Shown: in pieces, positions 62,035 to 64,000 of the stretch
How positions within the stretch are numbered: the first letter of the stretch is position 1
Layout of the letters: each line of letters opens with the position of its first letter
Origin: Lama glama
Lineage: Eukaryota
Assembly (NCBI GenBank): GCA_028534125.1
Contig: CM052818.1
Coordinates: 43,712,001 to 43,776,000 of the forward strand
DNA length: 64,000 nucleotides
Direction of reading: 5' to 3'
Program-made: the position numbers and the translations under genes
Notes under the pieces: model-generated
Databases searched by the model: none
What the model was told of the DNA's origin: nothing
Seen by the model: the letters and a program-made list of their open reading frames with translations, nothing else

Positions 62035-63048
62035 CTGCAGGTGGAGAGATGGGGAGAGGAACTCCCTATTCTCCAGTATCTTTTCTGTTTCTAGATTTTT
62101 TTTTTTTTTAGATTCTCTTCCTCTCCCACCCCTCCCCCCAAATGATGTCGCATCTGGGTATCTAAATCTTGCTCACAGCTGTGCCAGTGCCTTCTCCACT
62201 CGTTCCATCTGCCTGTTTGTTTTTCTTGGTTTGAGTTTGCAGTCTGCTATTTTGTATAAGCAAAATTATCCTTTCATGTCTTACCCGTTTCGGCGGTTTC
62301 TTCTGGTTATTGTAAACTGCAGCATCTGGGGTGCTTACCTCCTAATTATATTTCCAGCCTCCTAATAGGAAGGGCAACCAGGCATATGGTACAGAAGTAT
62401 GGAGCCTTCTGCATCTCTGACCCCTGTGTAGGGCTCTTCACAGAATCTCCAAAGCTTTCGCGGGTGTTTCGCTCATCTGGGCTTGCCAGGATGATGCCCA
62501 AATGCCTGCTCTACAGGGACGATTATAATAGATTTAGATGAAATTCCTGGGCACGTTTTTCTTCGAAATGAGTCATCACTACTAAAAGTACGACTCTCTT
62601 AAGTCGATAGAGATCTCCAGGTTTCTGGTTCTAGTAATATTCAAATAATTGCATATTTGTAGGCAAATTCAGACAGCTGCACTAAAGCAAGAACAAAGAT
62701 GACAGGAATAAGAATCTAGAGACCTCAATTTAAGACCCAATATGGTTCCTGGATGTTTTGAAGAAAGTCCCTCAAACTCTCCGACTTTAACTTCCAAATC
62801 AGTTACATTAGCAGCTGGCCTGAATGCTCTGGGAGGTACACAAATGGGATTAATTCAGTCAAGTGTTCACTGTGCAATAATGTGTTAGGAGTTAGGGAAA
62901 CGAAGGTGAATTGAACACAGTCCTTGTTCCAGAAGGAGCTCACAGACGAACAATGGGCAAATCAAGCAGGCATACAGGTGGCCTGAGCACGGGCAGTGCT
63001 GGCAGCAAAGCACGGGTGCCGCCGGCCTGCTCGTGGGATGATCTGTTC

Positions 63049-63237
63049 CAGGGGCTGTTTTCTGTGAACAGCAAAGGAGCAAGCGCTTTGGGCTTTGCGA
63101 CCTGCACGAGCCCGGTTGCACGGCCACTCCTCTGCCCTAACAGTGTGAGAGCAGCCCTAGGTGAGCAAACGAAGAGCGTGGCTATGTTCCAATAAACCCT
63201 GATTTACAAAAGCAGAGCTGCTGCTTGCTCACCACTG
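63049..63237 (+). mobile_element. MER58A (hAT-Charlie)
   Basis: caggggc..ttttctgt..ggctttgcg...gcagcc...gagcgtggctatgttccaataaac...tttacaaaa. Confidence 0.8.
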
Positions 63238-63259
63238 ATTTAGTCACAGTCAAATCTCA

Positions 63260-63838
63260 TTGAAGTTCCTCTGTAGTGGCCTCTCCATTCTCCTATGAGA
63301 AAGACAAAACCTGTAACGTGGCCTCAAGGTCCTGTAAGATGCAGTCCCTGCGTTTCTCCCTGCCCAGTACTGCAGTGAGCTCCCCATCCCCGACTCTCCG
63401 TATTCCAACCCCCTTCCTGCTCCACACCCTCCTTCCTGCTCTGCACCCTGCTCCTCACACCTTGCCTTCTGCTCCACAGCCCACCCCTTCAGCTTGTTAA
63501 TGTCCATCATTCTTCAGAGAGCGACTTAATGCATCACCTCCTTAGGGAAGCCTTCCTGGATTTCCCCAAACTAAGTTCACTCCTGTGCTTCTGTATCCTC
63601 CTGGCTCCCTGTACATCTCTTTTGTAGTCCCTCTCGCAATTACAATTCCTTATTTAATTTTGTAATTGAATCTTTAATTCTTTAAAGTGTGTCCCTCTCT
63701 GTAAAGTGTCCGTTCCGGAAGAAGAGCGTCCCTGTGTGTCTTGTTTTTTTTACAGTTGTATTTTAGCATCTATAGCAGAAACTGGAACACAACACACCTT
63801 TGAGCAGTATTGTCGAATGGGTGAGTGAATGGAAGAAT
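63260..63838 (+). mobile_element. L2 3' end
   Basis: gtggcctcaaggtcctgtaagat...catcacctccttagggaagccttcctg...ending in a gaatgggtgagtgaatgga tail. Confidence 0.85.
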
Positions 63839-64000
63839 GCCAAAGAGGGGACACACAGCTATGAACCGTTGCAGCCTGTGGCCAGGGTGACAGGTGGCCG
63901 GGATGTGTCATAGAGCGGATGACAGTCTGAGGTGGGATTCAGCAGGCACACAGGGAGCAAGAGGATTGTGTGAGATATTCCCATATAAAAGACGATGATT

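Overview
Mammalian (eutherian) genomic DNA, most likely camelid: a tRNA-derived SINE resembling camelid Vic-1 lies at 32471-32621, alongside cetartiodactyl-type L1 3' tails and an ERV1 solo LTR. The window is mostly intergenic and rich in repeats (L1, L2, L3/CR1, MIR, MLT1 LTRs, MER2, MER58A), with two 500-N assembly gaps. One gap is flanked by an exact 199-bp duplication, probably an assembly artifact. None of the supplied ORFs is a credible gene. The only recognisable protein-coding remnant is a degraded L1 ORF2 reverse-transcriptase fragment (about 11787-12035). The best gene candidate is an unidentified minus-strand terminal exon plus 3'UTR (acceptor at 62034, AATAAA at 59781-59786). Candidate regulatory signals include a CpG-island-like element (about 8460-8860) between divergent CTCF motifs, a third CTCF motif at 25118, an ISRE, an RFX X-box, an NRF1 palindrome, and a 21-bp minisatellite that multimerises heat-shock-element and STAT5/BCL6 motifs. 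I found no prokaryotic-type system, CRISPR array or RNA gene, and no convincing previously undescribed system. Repeat names come from remembered consensus sequences, not a database search; boundaries are approximate unless a target-site duplication (TSD) is given.
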